A program made the translations under genes and the position numbers. DNA of 54,183 nucleotides from Chromera velia (lineage: Eukaryota). Positions within the stretch are counted from its first letter, which is position 1. Every line of letters starts with the position of its first letter. This document shows positions 1 through 33,240 of this stretch, piece after piece. The stretch is from positions 1-54,183 of the forward strand of contig JAHBMJ010000187.1 in the NCBI GenBank assembly GCA_018398765.1. Direction: 5' to 3'. Below the pieces are notes generated by a model. The model made no database searches, was not told the origin of the DNA, and saw only the letters and a program-made list of their open reading frames with translations.

Positions 1-456
1 TCTCATTATCATGATCACTTGGCGGATGCAAGCAAGTCTCTCATTATCATGATCACTTGGCGGAAGCAAGCAAGTCTCTCATTATCATGATCACTTGGCG
101 GAAGCAAGCAAGTCTCTCATTATCATGATCACTTGGCGGAAGCAAGCAAGTCTCTCATTATCATGATCACTTGGCGGAAGCAAGCAAGTCTCTCATTATC
201 ATGATCACTTGGCGGAAGCAAGCAAGTCTCTCATTATCATGATCACTTGGCGGAAGCAAGCAAGTCTCTCATTATCATGATCACTTGGCGGAAGCAAGCA
301 AGTCTCTCATTATCATGATCACTTGGCGGAAGCAAGCAAGTCTCTCATTATCATGATCACTTGGCGGAAGCAAGCAAGTCTCTCATTATCATGATCACTT
401 GGCGGAAGCAAGCAAGTCTCTCATTATCATGATCACTTGGCGGAAGCAAGCAAGTC
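1..456. repeat. 38-bp minisatellite, 12 head-to-tail copies (cut by the window edge), probably intronic in gene 1
   Basis: Unit TCTCATTATCATGATCACTTGGCGGAAGCAAGCAAGTC starts at 1, 39, 77 ... 419. Only copy 1 has a mismatch (GGAT), and there are no spacers. Confidence 0.97.
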
Positions 457-583
457 TTTCTTTTGTGCGTGCAAAAACAGGTTTTTTCCGCACTACAAAA
501 TCGCATCGCGTAACAACAATCAACCGGAAATCCGTTTGTCCCAAATCTTTGACTACCGTGCTTCCCTCCGTTCCCACCTGCAG

Positions 584-21548
<20,965 letters not shown>

Positions 21549-22125
21549 CCTATCGTCCAACAGGGGGGAGGGAGGGAAGGAGGGAGGGAGGGCAGGAGGG
21601 AGGAAGGGAGGGAGGAAGGGAGGGAGGGAAGCCCCATCGAGATCAATCGATTGATGAAGGAAGGAGGGAGGGAAGGAAGGAGGGAAGACTCTGGGGTCTC
21701 CGTCAATTAGAATCGACAGAGGGTCCAACGAGCTCGATAGTCCAAGGCGGTACTATAGGAAAACGCTCCCCGCGGCCTTTTCAGTCATCGATGACAAAAT
21801 TCCTTCAATGATGTCGGGCAAGCTTCCGACATATCAGTGGCAGATTATCGGGCGTAATCGACCCAATTTTGAAACTTCACTTGCATGCATAATGCAAGCA
21901 AACTTTGAATGTATGCATACTACAATACTTTACTGAACATCACCTGGCATTTGGTCCAAATAACAAAAAAACAAAGATAATACATTACATTAGCTTGGAA
22001 TAAAAAACTGGGCAAATTAAAGCTGTTTTAAATACAAAAAAGAACTTTTACCTAGAGTCTTGGACGCAAAAGTTTCGAAAGAGATAAACACTCAAAGCTA
22101 AAGTCAGGGTTTATACAACTTCTAG

Positions 22126-23068
22126 TGTCATGAGCTAGTCATAACATTCAAGAGGCTAAGCTAGATGGCGGCAGAAAGACTCTGTCCTAAACTGATTAAC
22201 TCCAGAAGGTTCAGAAGGTTTCAAGTAAAGATCGTTAAGATACCTCGATCAACCTAATCCGTATCTCATTCCCTCTAATCCAATCTCTCTCCAGAACAGT
22301 CGTTTTCATCCCCGTACTTGACAGAGAATCAAACGTGACATGTAAACAGACTGAATTCATGCGACAGGACGAACTCAAGCTACAGGACAGCAGCTACAAG
22401 ACAACATCCATGTTCCAGAGCCAATTCATCTGCAAGGCAGTCACAACACGTGAGGACCAAGACTTTGGCACTCAAACATCTACAAGAAGGGCCCGAGTTG
22501 CATCGGCGCGTGTGGAATGCCTGAGCCCGCGCTGGCATCGCCATCAGACCCGAGTCGTCCTGGCGCCACCAGGCAGTTCAGGACATATGCCCCCCCTATC
22601 ATGTTACGAGCTAGTCATGAGCGGTCATGACACTCAATAGGATAGGCTAGAAGGCGGCGGAAAGACTCAGTCCTAAACTGATTGACTCCAGAAGGTTCAG
22701 AAGGTTTCAAGTAAAGATCGTCAAGATACCTTGATCAACCTAATCCGCCTCTCATTCTCTCTAATCCAATCTCTCTCCAGAACAGTCATTTTCATCCCCG
22801 TACTTGACAGAGAATTAAACGTGACATGCAAACAGTGAATTCATGCGACAGGACGAACTCAAGCTACAGGACAGCAGCTACAAGACAACATCCATGTCCT
22901 AGAGCCAATTCATCTGCAAGGCAGTCACAACACGTAAGAACCAAGACCCCAGCACTCAAACACCTGCAAGAAGGCCCGCGTCACATCGGCGCATGTAGAA
23001 TGCCTGAGCCTACGCTAGCGTCGCCATCCGACTCGAGTCGTCCTGGCGCCGCCAGGCAGTCCAGAACA
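22126..23068 (-). mobile_element. Minimal non-autonomous LTR retroelement (TRIM-like): two ~460-bp LTRs separated by 16 nt
   Basis: Direct repeats 22126-22585 and 22602-23068 both run TGT...ACA. A 4-bp CTAG TSD lies at 22122-22125 and 23069-23072. The interior reads TGATAGGGGGGGCATA on the - strand (PBS-like start fused to a polypurine tract). Confidence 0.8.
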
Positions 23069-23425
23069 CTAGTACAATTGATAAATAAATGCCTGCAGCC
23101 CAGTTACGCGGTATAATGAAAAAAAATATTTTGTTTCTATACTCTTACAGGCTAAGTTATAGCCTATAGGTTATAGCAGGATACCTGGCGGCGAGGTGTA
23201 TATATTATATGCTTTGTTATGCTTATAAATAGAAGCATTCTTAAATTGAAATTAATTAATTATTATACGAGCAGCGAGCTAGTGTTTCATCATATACTAA
23301 ATATTATAATTTTTAATTTAGTATATTTAATTAATTTTACTCTTATTTTAGATATAAAATATTATAAAATATTTGCATAGTATTAATCATTCTGACACTC
23401 TAGCTGACACTATATCTTTTTAATT

Positions 23426-23688
23426 CTAGGCCCTGCACTAGTAAATAAATAAATAAATAAAGAAAGAAAAATAAAAGTTTTGCTAGTTTTTTATTTTTCT
23501 TTTTATTTATCTACTAAACAACAGTTGTTTTTCATAGAACACTCCCTGTAGCACGCATACAGCAGTTCAACAATAGTTGTTTATCTAGTTTAGACCCAAC
23601 TTCGGAGGGTAATAAATAAAAAAAAAATAGATTAAAAAAAAAGTTTTCTTAGTTTTTTTTTTCTTTTTTTATCTAGTGCACGGCCTAG
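23426..23688. mobile_element. 263-bp MITE, hAT-like
   Basis: TIRs CTAGGCCCTGCACTAG / CTAGTGCACGGCCTAG (15/16 match), a perfect 8-bp TSD TTTTAATT on both sides, and an AT-rich non-coding interior. Confidence 0.85.
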
Positions 23689-24939
23689 TTTTAATTAATC
23701 TTAAAACGTACATTCTACTCTAGATTCTACTAGACATTCTAGCATACAGTATAGTATTGTGCGGTTGACTACTGTACTAGCTGCTGTAAGTATTACTGCA
23801 TCAATCTAGGCATTAATATTAGTCAATATATATAGATGTATCCATAGAAACATACTGTGAGTGCAGTAATGTACACCAATACAGTAGTATAATTTTTGTG
23901 AGTTTGGATTGTTGCGCTTGTTTTTTTTAAGAAGTGAAGTGTCTAGAACAATTCAGAACAATTCAATGAAGGACACGATGTGACCGAAACGAGACTGCCT
24001 TTCCGGCACGCAGAGTTTAAGTAGGAGGAGAAGACTGTTGTAGAAGGGAGCAGAATCGAAACGAGAGGCTCCAGACTAGGATCCATGCAGTCTTTCGAGT
24101 TCGCAAGCGATCGACGTTCCCTTTGGACATTATAGCGGAAGTCCTTCAAGGCCGCACGAGCGCTTTTGTTTGAATTATTCTTCCTCCCGTGCCTCTGAGA
24201 ATGGAGGGATTCGGGAGAAGAAAGACGTTGAATTCAAGAGACATGGCGAGAGAAGAGACAATAAAAAAGAAGCGGCTTGTTGCAATTCGCACATCGCTCG
24301 GGGATCGGCGTGTGCAAGGAGTGAAAGAGTGAAGGAGGGAAGAAGCGAGATTCGAATCCATGAACGAAGAGTCCCTGTAATTCTATGACTAAATAAACAG
24401 AGATGGCCAACAACCCTCAAACCGCACTCCAAGAAGCGAGGAGCGAATTCAGAGGAGCGCCACATCCCTAACAGCTCACCCAGTTTCCTAATCCCCCCTT
24501 GTTTCCGTTTCCGTCTCCTTTCCCTATGAAAGTCCATTATCTCACTCCATCCATCCGCTGGTTGAAGGAGAGAGAAAGTAAGCCAGCGGATTGCAATTTC
24601 AGTTATAACCACATTGCCCAGATTGCAGTGCACAGAAATTTCAAGAGGGAAAAAGACATGTACAGAAAAGAAGAAGACAAGGCCCCTCCTTTCATTCGCT
24701 TCCCGTCCTGTCCTGATGCGAGCTTCCCTCCAGCGAACCCTTAATTTCCTGCCCTCTATTTCAATTAGAGAATACGTCCGCTCCAGAGATTCCCCCCCAC
24801 TTTACCCTCTACTTAATTAGACGCAGCAAACCAACACCCATACATCCACGCACCACATCTTTCGGCTTTTCAATTCGACGTCCCTCTCCCACTTGCCCTC
24901 TTTCCTGCCACCCCATGCACCCCGATCACATGCATCCCT

Positions 24940-24972
<33 letters not shown>

Positions 24973-25527
24973 ACCCATGCACCATCAGGTTGCCTTCCTT
25001 CCATGTCCATGAGACCTGCATGCAAAGAGGATGGTGGCAAAAGATTCTTTCAACAGATACTTTAATTGTCCATTCGCAGCTAGGCACACAGATGGACGGA
25101 CCGCTGGAGAGACTGGGCGATGCATTGATGATGAAAGAGACAGGCACAAAAAAGGCATGCATTCTTTTGCAGAGCAGGCTGAGTCACAAGAAGGCTGGCA
25201 GACATGCTTTCTGGGAAGGCTTTGTTCGTTACATGCAGATCTAACAGGAGACTCTGCCAAAAAAGAGAATACACAAACAAGCACACCGGCCGTCAGCGTG
25301 AAAGGAAAAAAGGGAGAACACTTTCTTTCTCTGCAATCTTCTCTACATGCACAGACAGGCCACTCCTCCAAATCTTCTGTTGGGGAGAACATCAGCAACA
25401 CAAAAGACAGAAAAGAAAAATAAGGAAAAAAATCGTTCTTCTTCACGTCTCTCGGGCCTCCCCTTTCTTGCCATAGACAAAAAAAACAATGGAAGAGGAG
25501 AAGCGCTATGATGACATGCACGTCTCT

Positions 25528-25566
<39 letters not shown>

Positions 25567-25617
25567 CCCCACACCCACATTCTAGAAGACTTACAGCGAG
25601 GCAGCCATCAGATCCCC

Positions 25618-28600
25618 CTAAGCTGAGGTCCAGCAGCCCTCTTCCCACGAAGCCAGCTCTGCCCTCTTCCGAAACGCGTTCTCCCTCATGAACTCGAGAG
25701 AGTCCATGTCCTGATCGAAACGTTCGAACGGAGCTTCCTCGAGTGCACTTCGGTAGACGTCTCTGTCATTCGGGAACACCTCTCGGAGAAATGACCCGAT
25801 TCCTCTTGAGTAGGTCGGTCTGTTCATGATCCATTGAGGGGGTCCGTCTTTGGCAGGAACGAAAATTTCGCGTTTGAGGGCTTCTATTTGCTCGGGAGTC
25901 GGTTGTCTGTACGTGACCCCCTCCCACGTCCATTCTTCGACCGGTGGGACGAACTCAGCCTGAGGCGTCTCCTCCATGGGATTGCCTTCAAACATCTGGT
26001 AGTAGTCAGCAGAAGGATCGCCCCAGGGGCAGCCGTAGGGACCGGGGGTGTCAGCGGCAAGGGGGTCTTCGGGGGGTAGGTAGAAGGGGGAGGGCGGGGG
26101 CATTGGCCTCGATCGGTTTGGAGGCATGAAGGGGGGATGAGGACCTTGTCCGTATGCAGGTGCATGGGGGGGCTTATTTTTGATGAAGATGGCCGGGAAA
26201 GCCCTCTCGGAGCCTCTGGGTGTGAGCCCTTGTAGACCCTTTCCTCCCCTGCCTGAGGACCATCTTGCTGTGTTTGAGTTTGCCCCATCTGTTGCTTTGG
26301 GTTTTCTGAAGATGGGGAAAAACGGCGATTGCTGCTGCTGCTTGAAGTGTCGGGATTCTGGTGTCGGATGGTGACCGATGGAGGAAGGAAGGCGAATCTG
26401 CTGTTTCCCGTTCTTGGGAGACTTCTGCGGTTGTTGGGGTTTGACAGAGGTTGGGGTCCCGTGGGGGGGGATCTGGTTCTCCTTTTTCACCTTCCTGCCT
26501 CCTCCAGCAGAGGTTGCAGATATCTGAAGGACAGTCGCGAAGGCCTTACTTCCCTTCCTGCCACTCTGAGAGGCTGCAGAGGAGGCGCTGTCCTTCTTTT
26601 TCTTTTTCTTTGCATTTTCCTTCTCTTGGCCCTTTTCTTTTCGCATCCCGCGGATCTTGGTCTTGTTTCGGGGAGAGGAGGCGAGTGGGGATCTGGCAGG
26701 CTCCAGGCAGAGCTCCCCTGGAGATTTTCGCACTCGCAACCTGAACTCTCTACCGGCAGCTACCCCGCGATTGGAGGGTGTGGGGGATGGACGAGGTTTG
26801 GGGATGCCCTTTCGGGAGGTTTTTTGTTTTCCATCCGGCTGCATCGTCTGTGAAAGGGGTTTTTTGACCTTGAATCCTCCTCCTTTGAGACTTTTCTTCT
26901 CTTGCTTCTTTCGAGCAATGTCTTTCTTGTGTGACCAGTTGAAACGGTTTCGCCAACTGGAATTTCGAAGTTTCTTCTCGAAATCTAGTCGTTTTTTCTT
27001 TGCGTACTTCATTCTCGTGAGGCAGGAGAAGAGGGAGCGAGGCTGCAGAGTGCGGTTGCCTTCCTCGTCGACAGAGAAGTAATGGCCAGTCGCACTGTTC
27101 AATACAAAGTCCCGAACCACCGCATTCCGAAAGATGAACTGTTGCTCTCCTTCGTCGTTCCAGTGCTTTGTGCAGATCTGCAAAGAAAGAATCCACTCGA
27201 CCAAACGTCCGTCTGTACAATTTCTGTCTATCTTCCTCTATCCTTGCGTGTGGTGTTAGAGAAAAAGGGAATGGGGCAAGGTCAAAGTGGTTGACTAGCG
27301 ACTGACCAGAGTGAAAATGTGTGTGTGCGAGAGAGAAAGGGGGGGGGGGAAGTATGTGAGGGGAGGCGGGGAATTAATTCTCTTTCGAAGGAGAACTCCC
27401 AGACAGAGAAACAGAACAGAGGACAGGGAGGGCATTCGCCCCTCTGTCTCTTTTTCCCTAGCCCCCGTCTATCTGTCCAGACAAACCAGGACAAACTGCA
27501 AAGAGGAACACCTAGTAAACGCAAGGCAGCTCCTGAAAAGAAGAGAAAAAAAAGAAGAAAAAAGAGGACCCGGGGGGCGAGAGAGACGGGAGACGGGGGC
27601 ACAGCTTCCTTCCTATTAGAATCCACACAAAGTGTTGCACATAGGGTGGGCAAGACGGTGGAGGGAAGCTGCGGTTGGACGACCGCATCATCCAAGCACC
27701 TCGCCTCACTTCTCCTAGTTCCCACACACACCCCGTGGAATACAGACAGACAGAGCACGGGAAAGGGGAATGATGAGGGCGGATCGAAGGGGGAGGAAAG
27801 AAAATGAAAGAAAGAAAGGAAGAAAGGGAGAGAGAGAGAGAGAGAGAGAGAGAGCAGACGACGAGACGAGAAGAGACGAGGCAGACCTCTAGGAAAGTCT
27901 TCAGTTCTCTGAAAGCAAGGTCTGCAGCAGGTTGCTCTTCTCCTTCCAGGCTGTAGATTTGGAACGCGACCTGAACGCCCTTCATGGTTGCGTTCTCTGA
28001 TTTGCCGAAGTCCACGAATAGGTACCCTCGGGGTTCCTTCAGTTGCTTCTCCTCACCTGTCTCTGTCTCTGTCCCCCCCCCTCCCGAGCACAGGTGCACA
28101 GTGCTGCCTCTGCCTATGGGGTCGTACCCCACCCACTTGCCTGAATACTTGGAACTGAAATCTTTCTTTCGGATCAAATCTGCCAGTTTCTTTGCAACCG
28201 ATTCCTCTTCTTCCCCTGCACACGCAATAAAAAATATGAAGAGATCGGACAGGCCCCAGGATGTGTGTCCGCAAGGTAGGTGAGCGAACAGAAGGGAACA
28301 ACAGTTGCTTGCAACACCTGTTCTTGTTGTATCGCTGCTACTCAATGAAGGCAACACATGCATTCCCGACCTATCAGTTCGCAGTCGAGGTTGATGACCT
28401 CGTAGGAAGACTTCTTGAGGCTCGACAAGTTGTTCCAGAACTCCTCTCTGCTCGCTCTGTAGGCCTTTTGCTCCCTGCCGGAGAGATGCTTCTCCTCTCT
28501 GCAAACAAACACGAACAGATCAAGCACACATGCAAAGAGAATTGAAGAAACATCACCTGATTCGCACTTCATCAGTTCGACTTGGAAGGAACAGACTTAC

Positions 28601-28830
28601 TCCTTCTCCTTGTTCCTGATTTCTTGGCGAATTAATGCGAGGTCATTCTCAATGAGGTTTTGAGGAAGAGGGTAAAACTTCTGCGGATGTGAGTCTTTGT
28701 TGTTTCGAATCTTCTTCTGTACGAAAGTCTCTTTTTGTTGCGTGGAAACCAATTGTGTCTTCCAAGTTTTTGCAAGGGGCGGGAACAGCTGCCGATCGTC
28801 CCTTCCTTTGAACGCAGGCCGTCGGTTCAT
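25618..28830 (-). CDS. Hypothetical protein (~748 aa) with a Lys/Pro-rich low-complexity C-terminal half; no domain recognised
   Basis: Exons 28830-28601, 28498-28371, 28215-27887 and 27177-25618 have canonical GT-AG junctions and matching phases. The last exon is a 520-codon open frame. Confidence 0.75.
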
Positions 28831-29635
28831 GGCTCTACAGATGTTCTGTTGGGCCTGGGTGCACGGAACAGAAGGGACCCCCTCGAGGTGAAGCGAAGAC
28901 CAGAACGTACAGTCGAGAATCGCTCCTCCCCTGTGTCTCGAGCAACGTGGTTCAGTCTGGCTGTGCGAGAACAGCCAAAGATGGTTGCACAGAGTTCCAA
29001 AGGAGGAGTCGCCACCACAACGATGGAGAGGATGCGTGGGATGGCTTATGCTCTAGTGGCGAGGTTTGTGCGCACGATCAGAAGGTTCAGGCATGTTCGA
29101 AGAAGGAGGAGTGCGTTGTTCAATCGATACGGTTGATCGAATTAAGCGTGCTGATGCCCGTCCCGCGCGGGTGACGGGGATGCCGGCCGGGGCTCTCCAT
29201 GGGCCCCGCGACATGCCTCGGCTAAAATTAATACCGATAGGGAAGTGGAGCAGGTACAGTATGGTACAGTACTATTCATATATAAATGGTATATAAATGG
29301 TACTAATACGGTAATAACAAAGGTGCGGACCAGATCAGATCCACAAGCTTGAGAGTCCTGGCTGGCAATGTCGCATTAGATGTAGCTTTTAGCGTGAAAG
29401 CACATGCAACGTGCTGCCCCCGATCAGTGAAAGTGTCGGCATAAAAATCCCTGGACAATATTTTGTGTGCGAGCAGAGAGTCTTTGCGTCGTATCCTCCG
29501 TCTCCTGCTCTCTGAATTTACCTGACAGAACACTGACTCTCCCCTCCTTTTTATTATCCGCCGGCTGCTCTCGTTGACTTCCTGTGTAAACGGAAAGGCC
29601 GGATAAGAGAGCTTTAGCGTGACAGAGAGGGGGAG

Positions 29636-31577
29636 ATGCCGAGCGGATCAAAGACCAAGAAGGACAAGGAAAAGGGGGAGAAGGGCAGTAAAGGAGAGAA
29701 GGAGAAAGAAAAGAGCTGTAATGGGGCGTCTGCAGAGGATCAGGGGGCACTTTCAGAAAGTCAATTTCTCACAACGGCAGCACAAGAGGCGAGTAGACAA
29801 AACGATGGAAGAATTGGAGTCGCAATCATTGGCGCAGGTCCCAGAGGTCAGCAGAAGCAGATGGTCTCAGATGGTCAAACTTCTCAATTCCGGTCTCTGT
29901 CTCCCTCAAATGTGAACTTATTTGATCTTCTCTGCTGTAATTCTGAGCGGTACTTATATCTTGCCTTTTTGGATGCGCCCTGCCCGTAGTCCTTTTCCCT
30001 CTCTGTCTCCTCTCCGTTGGAACCTTCTGCCTCTCTGTCTTCCTACCAACGTGCATGACACGTAAATTCGGTCATTCTTTTCTTCGCTTCTTCACTAGTG
30101 GATCCTGTGTTTCCTTCTTTTTCTTTTCTGCACTCCAGACCGTGTGTGATACATATGCGGATATCCCCCCAGTCTCTTCCTTTCGGGTCTGAACAGTCGT
30201 CACATGCCTTCCTTCCTTCCTTCCTTTCTTGATTTCTTTCTCTGACCTCCGGCTCCTTCCCACTCCTTCTTTTTTCTTCGCTCTTCATTTCCAACCGACT
30301 GTTTCTTTTTTTGTTCCCTCTTCCATTCCCTCCTTCCGTGCCCATTTCACTCACATTAGCGCTTCCATTTTTTCTCGAAAAGCTTAGAGGTAGTTTCAAG
30401 AGCGTCCTCTTCCCGTCCCTTTTTTCTATCCCTTTCTCAATGCTCACTTCCGTCCTTGCAGCTCGATACGTATTGGTGCCCGAGATTCTGCGGAACCCCT
30501 ACCTGAAGCTGCTGGCCGTGTGGTCCGTTAGTCGGCAGAGCGCCCAGGCTCTGAACGCTGAGGTCTGCCAGGGCGCCTTGGACGTCTACTGGCTCCAGGG
30601 AGCCGAGAAGGAGGGCGCGACGCTGGACCGGCTCCTTTTGAGACAGGAAATTAAGGGGGTCGTTCTCGCGGTGCCACCTGCTGCATACGTCAGTCCATGA
30701 TCGCGTCGGACGCGTGATTTGAATGAATGGATAAAGTCGGGCCCTGCTGGTTAGTCTATCTTTATGTTGTCTTGCGGCGTGATTTGACTGAATGGACAAA
30801 GTTGGGCCCTGCTGGTTAGTCTATCTTTATGTTGTCTTGCGGCGTGATTTGACTGAATGGACAAAGTTGGGCCCTGCTGGTTAGTCTGTCTATCTTGTCT
30901 TGCCGCAAGTATGCAGACAGACGCGTGACTGCCTGCAAGATACAAGTCGAAGTGAAAGAACACAAAGCCTTACGTCGCTCTCAGTGTGAGTGCGAGCGTG
31001 AGAGAGAGAAAGAGAGCGTGCAGTTTCTTTGTCTCAACCCTCTTCTGGTCTCTCTCTGTGTATGTGTCTGGCAGCCGAGTCTAGTCACGAAGTGCTGCAA
31101 GGCGGGGAAGGACATACTCAGCGAGGCCCCTGTGGGAGTGAACCTGAAGGGAGCAGGCGACGTCGTCAATTCGTATTTCGCGCTGGTCCAGGTTGGTGTA
31201 TGGGGGGATGGGCGGAAGGTGGAAGTCAGCTGCGCACTGGGCGCATGGATTGATGTGTAGATTCATTCGTGTTGGCCTGGAAGGTCCTTAATTGCAAGGG
31301 TCTCTTCTCTTCGGCGGGGGGATGTGTTTTTGCTTCTCCGCACATCTGTGTGGTTCACAAGACACGAGAGCAAGAGAAAGGGGGAGGCCGTCTCAATATC
31401 CGTGTGTGTGTCTGTCCCTCTGCATGTCTGTCATATACTCTGTCTGTCTGAAGAGAACATGAAGAAAAGGAGGGAAAAGAACAAACATACAATATGTCTG
31501 AAGAGAACAGCGAGGCTCAGAAAGGAACATGTAATTTGCCCGTCGTCCTCAATGAATTCTGTGAGTCTCTGCGTTGG

Positions 31578-31616
<39 letters not shown>

Positions 31617-32404
31617 GACCTGTTTTGCTTGCAGAAGATGAAGAAGGACAAAGAAGCGTCAAAGCATTCGAAGACCCCTTTCTCTTGGCACATTCTCCAG
31701 GTCCGTCTCTCTCTCCCTGTCTGCCTGCCTGTGTCTCTGCCGGTCAAAAAAAACGGACGAAACTTAAAAAGAAAGCGGAACAAACTAGTCTGTCTGTGTG
31801 GGTGGTTTTTCGGTGCGGAAACTTGCGGGGAGATTCTGTTGGTGGCACAAAGTTACTGCTTGCGTATATTCAAGATGCCAATGTTTCAGCTTCAGGTTTG
31901 CGTGCATGAGAAAGTGTCTGCGGCTCTGTGTGTCCCTCTGTGTCGAATGATTTGGATCGATGAAAGCGTTGTAAACGAAATCTGTCTGACCTTGCAGTCC
32001 CCTTCATCCATCCATGCAATCCTTGATTGCACGGGTTGACTCCGGAATGACTCACTGAATGAATGAATGGATGGATGGATGGATGGACGGATGGATGGAT
32101 GCAGCCCCTGGCGAGTGAGTCGTTTGTGACCAAACTACTGACAGTGGAGAAGGATATCGGCGATCTGCGTCATGGAGAATTGATGGGTGGGTCAGTGGGT
32201 GAGGGGGTGTCTGGCTTTCTGTCTTTACAGAGTTTCCATGTAACCTCATGCACATGCACGGTCAAAGGCGTACGTCCAATGGCCCGCCATCTCTCTTTCT
32301 CTCTCGCGCGCTGACTGGTGGAGGAGGATTTTCTGCCGTTTTATAATTGGAATTACGGGCTGCTACGTGTTCATACAGAAAGATGCTCTCGCTCTCGCTC
32401 TCGC

Positions 32405-32494
<90 letters not shown>

Positions 32495-33199
32495 TGTGTA
32501 TGTGTGTGTATGTATGTTCCCTAGTCAATGTATATGTGCAGTTTCGATTCCTCTCCAAGCCCAAACTCGGGGAAATGTCAACGAGCGCATGATATCCTCT
32601 GGTTGGTGGGTGGGTTGAGATGATCTGAGCTCAGGTCTCCTCTGCGTGGGGGCAGGGACAGGCCACAACCAGATTTATCAGATCTAACTTGAAGGGGGGG
32701 CACACTGTATGGCCCATTCCCGTCCAAGCTACACACAGAAATGCATGCCCATATCCCCCCTTCGTTGCCTCACTTTCATACAAGACAGAAGAACCTATTG
32801 ACAAAAGCAATAAAAACCATAATCAGATTATCTGCGTGCACTGTCTTGTCTTTTTGTCACCTGAAGAAAAATGCTTGTCGAACTACTTTCTCATTGCATC
32901 CTTCCATCGTGTCTGCCTCCCTGCCTGCCTGCCTGCAGGAAATCTGCTGATGTATGTGATCGCCTCGCATGTGGGAATGATCAGAAAGCTTTTGGGTGAG
33001 TCGGTCCAGTCCAGTCAGAAAGGGCTCGAAGCTTGCAAGGAATAAAGGAGGGAAGGAAAGAAGGAAGGAAAAAAGGAGGGGTCTGGGTCCATCATTGATT
33101 CAGAAATTCGGTTTCACCTTCTGAAGGAAGGGGGGGGGGGATGTGTGGAGTCAGGTCTGCTTCTGGTCTCTTCTGGTTTCTCTGAATGTGTTTAAACTT

Positions 33200-33240
<41 letters not shown>

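Noticed and set aside
1..456. CRISPR array (38-bp repeat length)
   Set aside because: The units are directly adjacent with no unique spacers, the context is a eukaryotic intron, and no cas genes are present.
23943..25600. Short ORFs between the TE island and gene 2
   Set aside because: There is no recognisable domain and no consistent splice chain; this is likely 3' UTR or intergenic DNA.
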